A stretch of 64,000 nucleotides of DNA from the NCBI GenBank assembly GCA_965262715.1, contig OZ253553.1, forward strand, positions 256,001-320,000, given 5' to 3'. Positions 30,179 through 40,192 of the stretch are shown here, piece by piece (positions within the stretch are counted from its first letter, which is position 1; each line of letters opens with the position of its first letter). Position numbers and translations under genes: made by a program. The notes beneath the pieces are model-generated. The model saw nothing but the letters and a program-made list of their open reading frames with translations. It was not told the origin of the DNA and did not search any database. This DNA comes from Bdellovibrionales bacterium (GTDB taxonomy: Bacteria; Bdellovibrionota; Bdellovibrionia; Bdellovibrionales; JAUICD01).

Positions 30179-30385
30179 TATAGATGAAATTATTTTTATT
30201 ATTGAGGAAGCCTCTGAAGGAGGGCTTACTGCCAAATCGATAGATGAATCTATCTTTATAGAAGGGAACAACCTTGATGACTTAAAAAAAATATCCACAA
30301 TTCTATAACCTGTCGTTTTCAAGATAAAACAACTCTTTCAAAGATAATTGAACCTCACTGTAAGAGAAGAAGTTATAGCAATATG
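30179..30385 (+). pseudogene. Frameshifted small HicB-like antitoxin
   Basis: Manual reading DEIIFIIEEASEGGLTAKSIDESIFIEG..LDDLK / NIHNSITCRF / VREEVIAI* needs two frameshifts. Confidence 0.6.
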
Positions 30386-30401
30386 AACCTTAAAAAAATA
30401 C

Positions 30402-31544
30402 CTACTGAAAATCTTTTTCAAACTCTGCATACCCCATCTGAGATAACTTATCCTTAGGGATAAACTTTAATGCAGACGAGTTAATACAATATCTTAAACC
30501 TGTAGGTGCTGGCCCATCTTTAAAGACATGACCTAAATGTGAATCACCATTTTTAGAGCGGGCTTCTGTCCTTACACTTAAGAGCTTTCGATCTGCTTTT
30601 TCTACAATATTCTTTTCAACTAAAGGCTTTGTAAAAGAAGGCCAACCTGTTTTAGAATCATATTTATCCTTTGAGCTAAAAAGCGGTTCCCCAGAAACAA
30701 CATCTACATAAATACCTTCCTCCTTGTTATCCCAATAAGCATTGTTAAAAGCTGACTCTGTCCCGTCCTTTTGTGTGACCTCGTATTGCTGTTTTGTTAG
30801 CGTTCTACGTAAATCTTCTTCAGGTGGCTTCATATAATGACTTTTCTCGTTAGAAGCTTGCTCTTCTTGCAGGGCTTTAATTTTTTGTTTGACATTAGCT
30901 TTTTTCAAAAACTGATCTCGACCAGATTGATATCTAAAAAATTTGTACTTTAAAGGATTCTTTTTATAAAAATCTTGATGGTAATCTTCAGCATAATAAA
31001 ATGGAGTTGCTTTAGTGATTTCTACAACAATGGGCTTTTGAAAAACTCCACCTTGCTGCAACTTCTCCTTCGAGGCTTCTGCAATCTTTCGTTGCTCATC
31101 GTCTAAATAAAAAATTCCAGGACGATACTGCTGCCCCCTATCCACAAACTGACCACCATCGTCAGTAGGATCAATGTTTTGCCAAAAAACATCTAAAAGT
31201 TGCTGATAGCTGACCTGTTGTGGGTCAAAAACCACTTCAATAGCCTCTGTATGCTCCGTTGTACCACTTGAAACTTCTTTATAAGAAGGATTGGCCTGCT
31301 TGCCGCCCACAAACCCAGAAGAAACCTTTTTGACCCCCTTAAGTGACTCAAAAGGATGCTCCATACACCAAAAACAGCCTCCAGCAAATATAGCTTTTTT
31401 TTCTGTTATTGTGGTTGTCTTTTCCATATCAGTCATTTCCTGTGGAGGGTAAGTCTTTGTAGGAGTCATAATAAACTCTTTGATAATAAAACTCAACAAA
31501 ATGGTCATAAAGATAACACAAGAAGCTATAAGTATTGCCTTCAT
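30402..31544 (-). CDS. msrAB: Exported peptide methionine sulfoxide reductase MsrA/MsrB fusion
   Basis: [42 protein letters not shown]-terminal hydrophobic segment. Confidence 0.95.
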   Translation of the reverse strand: MKAILIASCVIFMTILLSFIIKEFIMTPTKTYPPQEMTDMEKTTTITEKKAIFAGGCFWCMEHPFESLKGVKKVSSGFVGGKQANPSYKEVSSGTTEHTEAIEVVFDPQQVSYQQLLDVFWQNIDPTDDGGQFVDRGQQYRPGIFYLDDEQRKIAEASKEKLQQGGVFQKPIVVEITKATPFYYAEDYHQDFYKKNPLKYKFFRYQSGRDQFLKKANVKQKIKALQEEQASNEKSHYMKPPEEDLRRTLTKQQYEVTQKDGTESAFNNAYWDNKEEGIYVDVVSGEPLFSSKDKYDSKTGWPSFTKPLVEKNIVEKADRKLLSVRTEARSKNGDSHLGHVFKDGPAPTGLRYCINSSALKFIPKDKLSQMGYAEFEKDFQ

Positions 31545-31746
31545 TTGATACTCCTGTACTTAATTATACCATTTTAAGTGCTTTGAGTTCTATCAAAATG
31601 TATTTTTAACTTTGCTTTTGCTTGAGCTTCTTAAAAAAACAATAAGCTTGAATTTTTTGCTCCAAAAAGCTTGCTCACATTCAAGCGCAAAAATAAAATT
31701 TTACCCTTGCTAACCAGAGATGGATTCATATATACCTTAGAATAAA

Positions 31747-32850
31747 TTGTTGATCTTTTTTATTATAGTACCACCTCATGTTAAAAGTAATATGAGACTT
31801 TGTTATGAAAATATCAAGAGAACAAGAATAGGGAAAGATATTATGGGTCAGTGGACTTGGAGTCAATTTAATAAAGAGCTTCAAAAAAAACATGTTCTAC
31901 CTGTTTATTTTTTTTACGGAGATGAACCTTATCTTTTAGATGAAGCTTTAACAAGCCTTTCAAATGCCATTGTAGATAAAAATCTTAAAGACTTTAATTT
32001 AAATACTTTTTATGCTGATAGCGCATCTGCTTTGCACATAAAAGAAGCCGTTAAAACAATGCCTGTGATGTCTGATAAAAGAATGGTGATTTTAAAGGGT
32101 GCCTGTAGCTTTAAACAAATCAACCAACTACAATCTTTTATAGAAAAGCCTATCTCTTCTTGTGTTTTGGTTTTTACAGATAACAAAATCAATCAGAGGA
32201 TGAAGTTTTTTAAAATCTTATCTCAAACAGGGGCCATTGTTAAATGTTCAGCTCTTAAAGATCACCAACTTATTGCATGGATTCAGAAAGTTGTATCTGA
32301 TCAACAAAAATCAATAGATACAAAAGCCTGCGCATTCTTGTTACAAAGAGTTGGGTCTTCTATGTTGGACTTGCACAATGAAATCACAAAGCTGATGCAA
32401 TATATAGGGGAATCTCCATCTATTACAGTAGAAGATATCAAAAAGGTCGTTTCAAAACAGCATACAGAATCAGTCTTTGATTTAGTAAATGCTTTAGGAT
32501 CATCTAAGTCATTAATTCTTTTAAAATCCCTTATTTATCAAGGGCAAAATGAAGTTTTGATTTTGACGATGCTGGCCAGACAAATTCGCATTCTCATTTT
32601 AATTAAAGAGGCGCAGCTAGAAAATCTTTCTTCTACACAAATTTGTCAAAAAGTAGGAATTTCTTCTTACTTTTTAAATTCCTACATTCGTCAGAGCCAG
32701 TCTTGGAATTTCACACAGCTTTATGAATTTCACACACTCCTTTTAGAAACAGACAGGTTACTTAAAAGCACTTCTATTTCTAAATCACTTCTTATGGAAA
32801 ATTGCCTGTTAAAAGCTTTTCAAATTAGAAATCATAATCATTATAGATAG
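31747..32850 (+). CDS. holA: DNA polymerase III delta subunit (true start probably MGQWTW)
   Basis: PVYFFYGDEPYL, NEITKL..Y, SVFDLVNA, TDRLLKS. Confidence 0.85.
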   Translation: MLIFFIIVPPHVKSNMRLCYENIKRTRIGKDIMGQWTWSQFNKELQKKHVLPVYFFYGDEPYLLDEALTSLSNAIVDKNLKDFNLNTFYADSASALHIKEAVKTMPVMSDKRMVILKGACSFKQINQLQSFIEKPISSCVLVFTDNKINQRMKFFKILSQTGAIVKCSALKDHQLIAWIQKVVSDQQKSIDTKACAFLLQRVGSSMLDLHNEITKLMQYIGESPSITVEDIKKVVSKQHTESVFDLVNALGSSKSLILLKSLIYQGQNEVLILTMLARQIRILILIKEAQLENLSSTQICQKVGISSYFLNSYIRQSQSWNFTQLYEFHTLLLETDRLLKSTSISKSLLMENCLLKAFQIRNHNHYR

Positions 32851-33033
32851 TCTTTAGTCTATAGATATCTAATGTCATATTTATTTTAATTTGAGATAGT
32901 TTATTAAACCTCATCTAAGACCCTAAACTGTTTATTTTAGGCTTAAGGTAAGTGGATTTTTAATCATAATTGAAATAAATTGTAAGTAGTTGTTAGTAAA
33001 TAAAATGATTAAGCTATATAGAAGGAAGTTAGA

Positions 33034-34293
33034 TTGAAGTATTTTTCACAGACACAACTCATTCAACACATTTTATTTTTTTTATTTATTGGTTTTTTAG
33101 CAATAAGTTGCAGACAGGATCCTTTATCAGGTCTTCCAAAATCTGTTAAAGATAGACTTAGTATGCTCTCTGATGTTGAATTCAAAAGAAAAAGTTTAGA
33201 CTTACAAGTTAAAGAAGTTTCTAGTACTTTTGGTCGTATTTTAGCAGATGATTTTTGGCAGGCTTCTCTAGATAAAGAATTTGAAATGGTGCTGACTGCA
33301 AAGATTTTTTTAGATGAAGATCAATTTTATGATTTTAATGTGGAACTAGAAGATCCTGTATTTGAAAATGAAGACTATTCTTTAATCCAAATTCCAAACG
33401 AAGCTGAAAACAAAAATGAAAAAAAGTACCTTTTTAAGTGGGATCCTAGTGAAAACTTTCTTTTAAATTATTTTGAAAAATGTATTCCCATCACATTTAA
33501 ACTGCAAACTTTTGGAGGTTTTGTTTTAGAAAGAACAGATGCATTCACACTTTTTGTTACCAATAAGTCGCAATTGCCCGTACTTCAAGTTGTTGATATG
33601 TCCAAAGAAATAAAAGAAAATGACGAGGGAGTCATGACAGTTCATGTTTTCGATCCTCAGGCAACTGCAGCAAACCCTCCTGTTTTGATATTGAATGAAG
33701 TTGATTTTGGTGAAAATATTTTAGAAGAAGAAAGACCAAGAGATTTGAACCAGCTAGTTCATTTTTTGAAAAAGGAAAAAATAGATGCAAATATATGGGA
33801 ATTTCAGTACCGTTTGACATCAAGTGCTCTGGGTGCAGGTTTAGATCGCGTGACTTATGCTCTTGAAATGGTTGCCTCTTCTGTCAGCGGCGTTTCTGAT
33901 GCGCATCAAGTCACAGCCACTGTTTTTAATCGTGTTTTAATACCTAAGGTGATAGGTCCTTCAGAGGTTACGCTCTATGTAGGTAAGACTTCTTCTGTTT
34001 TTATTCAAGTTCTAGATCCTCTAGCCAGCGGAACCCTATCAAGCCGCCTTTTAAATGTAGAAGGGGATTTACCTGGTGAAGTGATGTTTAACTATGATAT
34101 CACACCCGAGGGTATGCTTGTTTCTCTATCTTTGTCTGTTCCTGAAGATGCGGATACATCTCAAAAATATAAGGCCTCTATTGAAATCTTAAATGAAGGT
34201 GTAGAAAACTCACAAACAGTTTTAGATAGCGTGGTTCATGATATATCAATAGAAGTAGCTTCATCGGAAAGTAATGTGACACCACTCAAATAG
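33034..34293 (+). CDS. Hypothetical lipoprotein, beta-rich
   Basis: LAISC lipobox; long ORF. Confidence 0.65.
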   Translation: MKYFSQTQLIQHILFFLFIGFLAISCRQDPLSGLPKSVKDRLSMLSDVEFKRKSLDLQVKEVSSTFGRILADDFWQASLDKEFEMVLTAKIFLDEDQFYDFNVELEDPVFENEDYSLIQIPNEAENKNEKKYLFKWDPSENFLLNYFEKCIPITFKLQTFGGFVLERTDAFTLFVTNKSQLPVLQVVDMSKEIKENDEGVMTVHVFDPQATAANPPVLILNEVDFGENILEEERPRDLNQLVHFLKKEKIDANIWEFQYRLTSSALGAGLDRVTYALEMVASSVSGVSDAHQVTATVFNRVLIPKVIGPSEVTLYVGKTSSVFIQVLDPLASGTLSSRLLNVEGDLPGEVMFNYDITPEGMLVSLSLSVPEDADTSQKYKASIEILNEGVENSQTVLDSVVHDISIEVASSESNVTPLK

Positions 34294-34309
34294 AGGTGGT
34301 CTCATCATG

Positions 34310-35269
34310 TTATAAAGAATATTCTATGATGACAAAAAATTCGTCAAGTCCTTCTAAAAAACTTTCAGATCCCATAACAGACACTAAGAGTGGTGGAAGA
34401 AGAGTTCTTTCGATGTCAGAAGGCGGCCGATGAGGCAATAGAGCAAAGATAAAAGCAGCATTTCCACGATTAAGACTTATTTGATCAAATGTTTGCAGGT
34501 TCTCTATACGTCTAGCATTTGCTTCTACACCTTCCAAAAGAGCAATTTCAATATTTGATTGCAGCATGACACTGGCTTCAGAAATCTCATTAACTGTGAC
34601 TTCCATCAAGATGCCAATTTGTCCGAAAGTCTCATCTTCAGTTCTTATGGAAAACTCTCTATTTTGAGGAGATGGTGATGCAGGTACTTGCCATGAGCTT
34701 TGTATGAGTATGTTTTTATTCTCATTTGGTATGGACCCAAAAGAACCTGCAAAATCAGAAATAATGCCGTATTGCCCTGATTGAAGCTCTGCTGTTTGAA
34801 GTGAGGTGATATCACTAGGCATCACAAGAAAATAAGCTTTGATGACACCTGATGAAAAAGCATCTATTTTAGCCTCATCCTCAGAGGCGTCTTTCTTGTT
34901 TTTAGTCTTATCTTCATCAATTTCTTCTGATATAAAAGCATTTTGAGAAAACAAACTTGGAGGTTTTCTAGTTTCTTGTGATATTTCTAATTCTTCTTCG
35001 AGTTTTTGAGGAGGCATGCTATCTATTGCCGTGTAATCCAGATTGGAAGGAGATATACTTCCATCTTCCTCAAAATGAATTAAGACTTTTTTATAAGCAA
35101 AGAAAGTCGTGACAAGAACGACACAGCATAGCAAAACAATATAGAAACTCGTGCTTTCAGTTACTTTTTGGAGAAAAGAACGGTTTTGTGGTATGTTCAT
35201 ATCGATACCACATTTTGCGCAAAAAATATCCTTTGGCTGTTGAAATTTGCAGTTTGGGCAAGTGACCAT
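34310..35269 (-). CDS. Zinc-ribbon membrane-anchored hypothetical protein
   Basis: MVTCPNC...CAKCG followed by one TM helix. Confidence 0.7.
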   Translation of the reverse strand: MVTCPNCKFQQPKDIFCAKCGIDMNIPQNRSFLQKVTESTSFYIVLLCCVVLVTTFFAYKKVLIHFEEDGSISPSNLDYTAIDSMPPQKLEEELEISQETRKPPSLFSQNAFISEEIDEDKTKNKKDASEDEAKIDAFSSGVIKAYFLVMPSDITSLQTAELQSGQYGIISDFAGSFGSIPNENKNILIQSSWQVPASPSPQNREFSIRTEDETFGQIGILMEVTVNEISEASVMLQSNIEIALLEGVEANARRIENLQTFDQISLNRGNAAFIFALLPHRPPSDIERTLLPPLLVSVMGSESFLEGLDEFFVIIEYSL

Positions 35270-35573
35270 CAGATATATATAACTCCAAAGGCATTGTATA
35301 GCCAATTAATTATAGAACAAATCATTAAAAAAAGCACTAAAAATACTGACTTTAGATGGGTTTTAGAACCTTTATTTTAAACCAATCTTTTGCGTAAACC
35401 AGATGTATATCATGAAATTATTATGAGGATTCAAGTAAATACCTAAACTTACAATGGAATCTCTGAGATTCTAAAGCCAAATATTCGTTATATCCATTTT
35501 AAGATTCCTCGTAGGAGAAGTTTATAAAAGCCCTGATTCTGACGATAAGTGAAATACTAAGAAGGGTTTTATA

Positions 35574-37082
35574 GTGTATAGATGGACAAAATTTTATAGA
35601 TGTAAGGTCAGTCAAAAGCCGAAGATTTATCAAGTTCTTATTTTATTAACACTTTTCCCTACTTTAGAGACTACCTTTGCTGACTCTAATATCTCCAATA
35701 TAGAAACTACAACTGTATTTGGTAATAATTGCTCTTCAAGTTATAATAATGCATTTAAAAATATTCAGAATATCATCTATCAAGAAGACTTTGAGATACA
35801 GCAAGAGCTTGTTTATGAAGCTTGTGCAGTTTCTTGTTATAAAAAAGAAAAGTGTTATGACAACACTTATCTCCAAGATAGATTAAGCCCTAGTTATGAA
35901 AATCAAGAACTCAATAGGTCACTAGATCCAAGATGTACTTATCGTGTTTTAAAAATCGCTGGAAATTCATCAGGTGGTTTTTTAGATTGTGATTCTTTTA
36001 ATGATAATAACCCTCAAGTAAGACGTCGATCTGAAAAACCTTGTTTTTCAAAGCGTCTTCATCATGCTATCCATCAATCAATTACAGAAATATCTTCTTG
36101 TTTTAGAATAGACCCTAAACTTTTTTTTTCAATCATGGCTAGAGAAAGCAAGCTTCACCCTCTTGCAAAAAACTCAACATCTAGCGCAACAGGTGTAGGA
36201 CAACTTGTTTCAACATATATTGACCAGTACAGTAATCAATCACAACGCATCACCTTCGATACTCTTAAAAGAGAGGTATTGCCTGCTTTAAGTCGTCAGA
36301 ATAGAGATTGTCGTACTGTTCAAGATAAAATAAGTCGATTTTCTAAGCTTGAAGAAAGACCTATTTGTCAAAGAACCAATCATTATGTAAATATGATTTA
36401 TACAATGATGGGTTTGATGGATAGCATAAGCCGGTTAACTCCTCTTGTTATAAAAGGACAGAGAGGGTCATTTAGAATATCAGAAGATTCACCTTTTCAT
36501 AACTTGATCAGCGAATATGAATATAACTTAGATCAAAAAGATGCAGAAAATACTAGAATTCAAAGTGCCTTGACAGCTGCAAATCAAGGAGATGGAGAAT
36601 ATCGTATTCGCGCGCAAACTCCTGAGCAAAAAGCCAGAGAAGTACAAAGATTGCAATCTCATCTTCAACATAGTGATAATGAGGTAAGAGGTTTAAGAGA
36701 GAAAAAATATTTCTTTGAAAACTTAGCTAGGTTTCAAGAACTCAACGTGGATGACAGAAACTTAGTCTCAGAGTTGTCTATTTATTCGCATATGCTACCA
36801 CGTACAACAGAGTTATTTCAAACTTATGTTGACGATAGACGTTCTTTGGCATTTGAAGACTTTACTGGGCTTAATGGTCAGTGGGTCAACTTTCTTAGTG
36901 CAGGTGGAATAAGAAGGCAGATGGGTGTTGGGAAGAGACTACAAGACTATTTTATAGAATTTGTTTACAGTCCAGGAGAGAGTTCACCAGGCAGTTCACC
37001 TAGTGCATCTATGATGCATGGACTACTTAACCGTATTGAACAACAAGAGCCGGATATTTCACATAGATGCAGACCTTACTAA
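35574..37082 (+). CDS. Secreted protein with lytic transglycosylase (SLT) domain
   Basis: IDPKLFFSIMARESK...SATGVGQL motif. Confidence 0.75.
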   Translation: MYRWTKFYRCKVSQKPKIYQVLILLTLFPTLETTFADSNISNIETTTVFGNNCSSSYNNAFKNIQNIIYQEDFEIQQELVYEACAVSCYKKEKCYDNTYLQDRLSPSYENQELNRSLDPRCTYRVLKIAGNSSGGFLDCDSFNDNNPQVRRRSEKPCFSKRLHHAIHQSITEISSCFRIDPKLFFSIMARESKLHPLAKNSTSSATGVGQLVSTYIDQYSNQSQRITFDTLKREVLPALSRQNRDCRTVQDKISRFSKLEERPICQRTNHYVNMIYTMMGLMDSISRLTPLVIKGQRGSFRISEDSPFHNLISEYEYNLDQKDAENTRIQSALTAANQGDGEYRIRAQTPEQKAREVQRLQSHLQHSDNEVRGLREKKYFFENLARFQELNVDDRNLVSELSIYSHMLPRTTELFQTYVDDRRSLAFEDFTGLNGQWVNFLSAGGIRRQMGVGKRLQDYFIEFVYSPGESSPGSSPSASMMHGLLNRIEQQEPDISHRCRPY

Positions 37083-37120
37083 GTAACTCGTTACTAAGTA
37101 ACTCGTTACTAAGCAGATCG
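37076..37120 (+). repeat. 15-bp tandem repeat TTACTAAGTAACTCG x3 (third copy degenerate) over the stop codon
   Basis: Read directly; the two perfect units contain the palindrome TTACT-A-AGTAA. Confidence 0.9.
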
Positions 37121-37159
37121 TTTTTCTAAAAAAGTTAATTTAAAGAGAGTTAATTAATT

Positions 37160-37561
37160 ATGTGGAAAAAAGTATTTATTGTATTCTTTTTAGGATTTGT
37201 TAGTTATGCTTATAGTCAAGAGAGCTTAACTGAAGATGTTGCAATGACTGATCAAAGCTTGCAAGCAGAACCTAATTTTGAAGATCGTGTTCGTATTATC
37301 AATGAATTTGTTGAGAAAGCTTCTCAGAGACGAGAGAAGCTTATAAAACAAAGAAGAAGGACAGATGAAGAGATTTTAGTTTTATTTCATATTAATATTC
37401 TTCGAAGTTTTCATAACGAATTAGACACAAGCAGTTCTTCTAATTGTACAAGAAGTCTAGGTAATGCAAAGGCGACCCTTTATCCAAATAGATTTCAAGA
37501 AGTAATGCTTCCTTTTGAACAGTCTATATACAATGTGTATAAAAAAACATGTGCTCTTTAA
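37160..37561 (+). CDS. Secreted hypothetical protein
   Basis: Sec-type signal peptide MWKKVFIVFFLGFVSYAYS. Confidence 0.7.
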   Translation: MWKKVFIVFFLGFVSYAYSQESLTEDVAMTDQSLQAEPNFEDRVRIINEFVEKASQRREKLIKQRRRTDEEILVLFHINILRSFHNELDTSSSSNCTRSLGNAKATLYPNRFQEVMLPFEQSIYNVYKKTCAL

Positions 37562-37680
37562 CCATCTTATAATTGCTTTACCAAATTCTTGAGAATATTT
37601 TAGCCGAGATGAGTTAAATTACTTGAAGCCATCCTAAAATGTAGAATTGGTCTTAAAAATGCTATGTCTATTATTTGAAC

Positions 37681-38160
37681 TTACCTTTTGCAAGATAGCA
37701 TATTGAATTTACAAATTACATTTTATCAAGTTTTTATTTTAATCCAGCAGTTGGGCAAGCAAGAATGCAGGCAAATTGCATCTGTTATCAGTAATGTTAA
37801 CCTTCTATGAAGATTAAAAAACATTTACCAGCTAACAGTTTAGCTCTGATACCATTGCCGGATTGCCTCGTCTGCTGAAATGCGAGATGTTCTATTTATG
37901 AATCATAATTATTCAATCAATTTGAAACGCTTTGAATAACATTTTCTTTATTTGAAACACCTTTCTTTAATTTGAAATATTTTTTTAACCTATATATATC
38001 TTATTGATACAGTATTGATAATTTTAATAGTTTCTTTTTATCACAGCTTAAGTTACAATAAGATGTGAGATAAATCATATACACTAAGGTGTTTGTACAG
38101 AACTTTTATTCATAACTCCAAATAATACCTTATTTTTTTTAATGTTATTTTTTTTGTTAA
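37681..38160 (+). repeat. Native upstream region of Cys-rich gene copy B, separated from it by the IS
   Basis: Inverted homolog of 13040-13534. Confidence 0.85.
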
Positions 38161-38210
38161 ACTTAAATTATCTTTGGGTTCTACAAATGTTTAAAACATG
38201 TAACTTTTCT
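38161..38210 (+). repeat. 50-bp target-site duplication, left copy (contains the ATG of MFKTC)
   Basis: Identical to 40167-40216. Confidence 0.95.
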
Positions 38211-40166
38211 CCTGAGTTTGACAGTTGCGAAAATAAAGTTAAGTTATTTTAGTTAGTTACAGTGGATGTGTGATTTTGTACCACTACATTTTGATTTTGT
38301 GGTAGAGATTTAAGAGATTGTTTGTAGGTCTAAGTAGATTCTACTTTAAGTTGTTTTGATGGGATCTTTGCTCCTATAGCTTTAAATACATCAGCATTGT
38401 TACCGTTAATATCTGTTCTGATCCAAAGTGTCTTATCCTTTACCCTCACAGGTATAGCTCGTACTTCTTTCAGCTTTGACATAGCTTCTGCCACACTCAA
38501 TGGCCTTGACTTTATTCTCTTGTCTGTAATTGCTTTATCTTTTAATGTGATGTTTCTCTGATGTAACTTCTTTGAAAAATAAGCCTCACATAAGTAAGAT
38601 AAAAAACACACAACTAAATGTCCTAAGATCCTCTTATCTGTCCAGTGGAACATAGGACGTGTCTTTAATGTACCTTTCAATTCTCTAAATGAATTCTCTA
38701 CCTTCCATAATTGCTTATAGTTCGTTATAATCTCTTCAGAACTTAAACTATCTGTATTTGTAATGATTCCAAAAAAACCATCTGTCCTCTCTGATTGTTC
38801 TATGGCTGACTTATTTAAAGTAGGCTTGCCTTTACTCTTAGGATGAATAATATACTTCTTATAATTGCTATTAGATACAAAATCCTTTGTGCTTGATGAC
38901 GATTTTGAAAGCTTATCTTCTAACTTAGATAGAATATCTTCTCTTACTTTCTTATCTCGTTCTGCTCTCTTTCTTGACCAGGTAATTATACAACGATTAT
39001 CATTATAACTCGTCTCGTATATAGCTAAATTTTCATTTATAAATTTAAAATTCTTTAAATTGTATATCTCTGCATGACGATCCTTTAATAAACCTAGCTT
39101 TAATCCTACTATAAATTCATCTCCCTTTGCTTTTACAGATTGTAAATTCTCATTAGAAAATAAACCTCTATCTCCTACTAATATAAATCTTCTGATCTTA
39201 AACTTCTTTTTTAGTTTCTCCATAACTGAAGGTATGGTTTTACCTTCAAAGGTATTTCCAGGATAAACATCAAAGCCTAAGGGCATACCTTCTCTATCTA
39301 CTAAAAGTCCAAATACCACCTGGGTACAATCACTCCTCTTCTCTTTGCTATAACCAAATCTTCGAAGATTATCTAAATCCTCTCGGGTACTCTCAAATCT
39401 CAATGTCGTTAAATCATACAAAATAACATCACACTCATTGAAAAAACTTAACTGAGACTTACCTTGTGTATAAAGAGTCTTCTCTATATCTTCCTTATGC
39501 TTACTTAGAATATCTAAAGAACGATAAATGTCTTGAAGATGAAGCTCCTCTTCTAAAAAATCAGGGTAAAATAACTTCTGCCAGTGTGAAAATACTTTAA
39601 GCTTAGAACATGGCTCTACAAAACGGCTTATAACCAATGTAAAAATAATCTTAACAAAATCAAATTGTACTTTAGGGTGCTTTTGTTTTAAATCTGTTAA
39701 TAATTCATAGAGATTTAATTGTTTGAAAATAGCATCTATTATAAGTAAGGGACCTAATATAAAAGTGTCTTTAACATCAATCTCTTTTAATAACTTACTA
39801 GCAGGAATTATCTCTAACTCTTTAGATAATACTTCTAGAAGCTTCTTCAAGTTAACTTCCTTATCCGCGGCTTTACCTAAAGACATTAGAATCCTTTGCT
39901 TCACTTGAGAACCTAATCTGTAGCTCTCAACAAGATGATAATATATGTCTCCTCTCGGATTTCTTGTAGACCTTATGAACATAAAAATACATTACAAGAA
40001 AAATATAAAAAATAAAAGAAAATAAGGTATATGACGCGTAGTGTATGATAAATAAGTACACTACACTTTTTGACCAAAATACAAACACAATAACCGCTAA
40101 TGACTATAAATACAACATTCCTTGAAAAAAATATCACGAAAATTCAAATTAAGTGTCAAACTCAGG
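38211..40166 (-). mobile_element. IS1634-family insertion sequence (element B)
   Basis: Perfect 13-bp TIR CCTGAGTTTGACA/TGTCAAACTCAGG; 50-bp flanking direct repeat. Confidence 0.95.
38330..39982 (-). CDS. IS1634-family DDE transposase (distinct from element A)
   Basis: YDLTTLRFES, GYSKE, YPGNTFE, VGDRGL, YKQLWKVENSFRELK..L.TRPMFHW. Confidence 0.95.
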   Translation of the reverse strand: MFIRSTRNPRGDIYYHLVESYRLGSQVKQRILMSLGKAADKEVNLKKLLEVLSKELEIIPASKLLKEIDVKDTFILGPLLIIDAIFKQLNLYELLTDLKQKHPKVQFDFVKIIFTLVISRFVEPCSKLKVFSHWQKLFYPDFLEEELHLQDIYRSLDILSKHKEDIEKTLYTQGKSQLSFFNECDVILYDLTTLRFESTREDLDNLRRFGYSKEKRSDCTQVVFGLLVDREGMPLGFDVYPGNTFEGKTIPSVMEKLKKKFKIRRFILVGDRGLFSNENLQSVKAKGDEFIVGLKLGLLKDRHAEIYNLKNFKFINENLAIYETSYNDNRCIITWSRKRAERDKKVREDILSKLEDKLSKSSSSTKDFVSNSNYKKYIIHPKSKGKPTLNKSAIEQSERTDGFFGIITNTDSLSSEEIITNYKQLWKVENSFRELKGTLKTRPMFHWTDKRILGHLVVCFLSYLCEAYFSKKLHQRNITLKDKAITDKRIKSRPLSVAEAMSKLKEVRAIPVRVKDKTLWIRTDINGNNADVFKAIGAKIPSKQLKVEST

Positions 40167-40192
40167 ACTTAAATTATCTTTGGGTTCTACAA

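Noticed and set aside
5182..40166. Composite transposon bounded by the two IS1634 elements
   Set aside because: The TIRs and transposases differ and each element has its own local target duplication, so they are independent insertions.
13040..40166. Site-specific shufflon or invertase system
   Set aside because: No tyrosine or serine recombinase and no short crossover sites seen; any inversion would have to use homologous recombination or an enzyme encoded elsewhere.
40100..40192. N-terminal extension of copy B (MTINTTF...)
   Set aside because: It begins inside the IS end and is absent from copy A; the shared start is more plausibly MFKTC.
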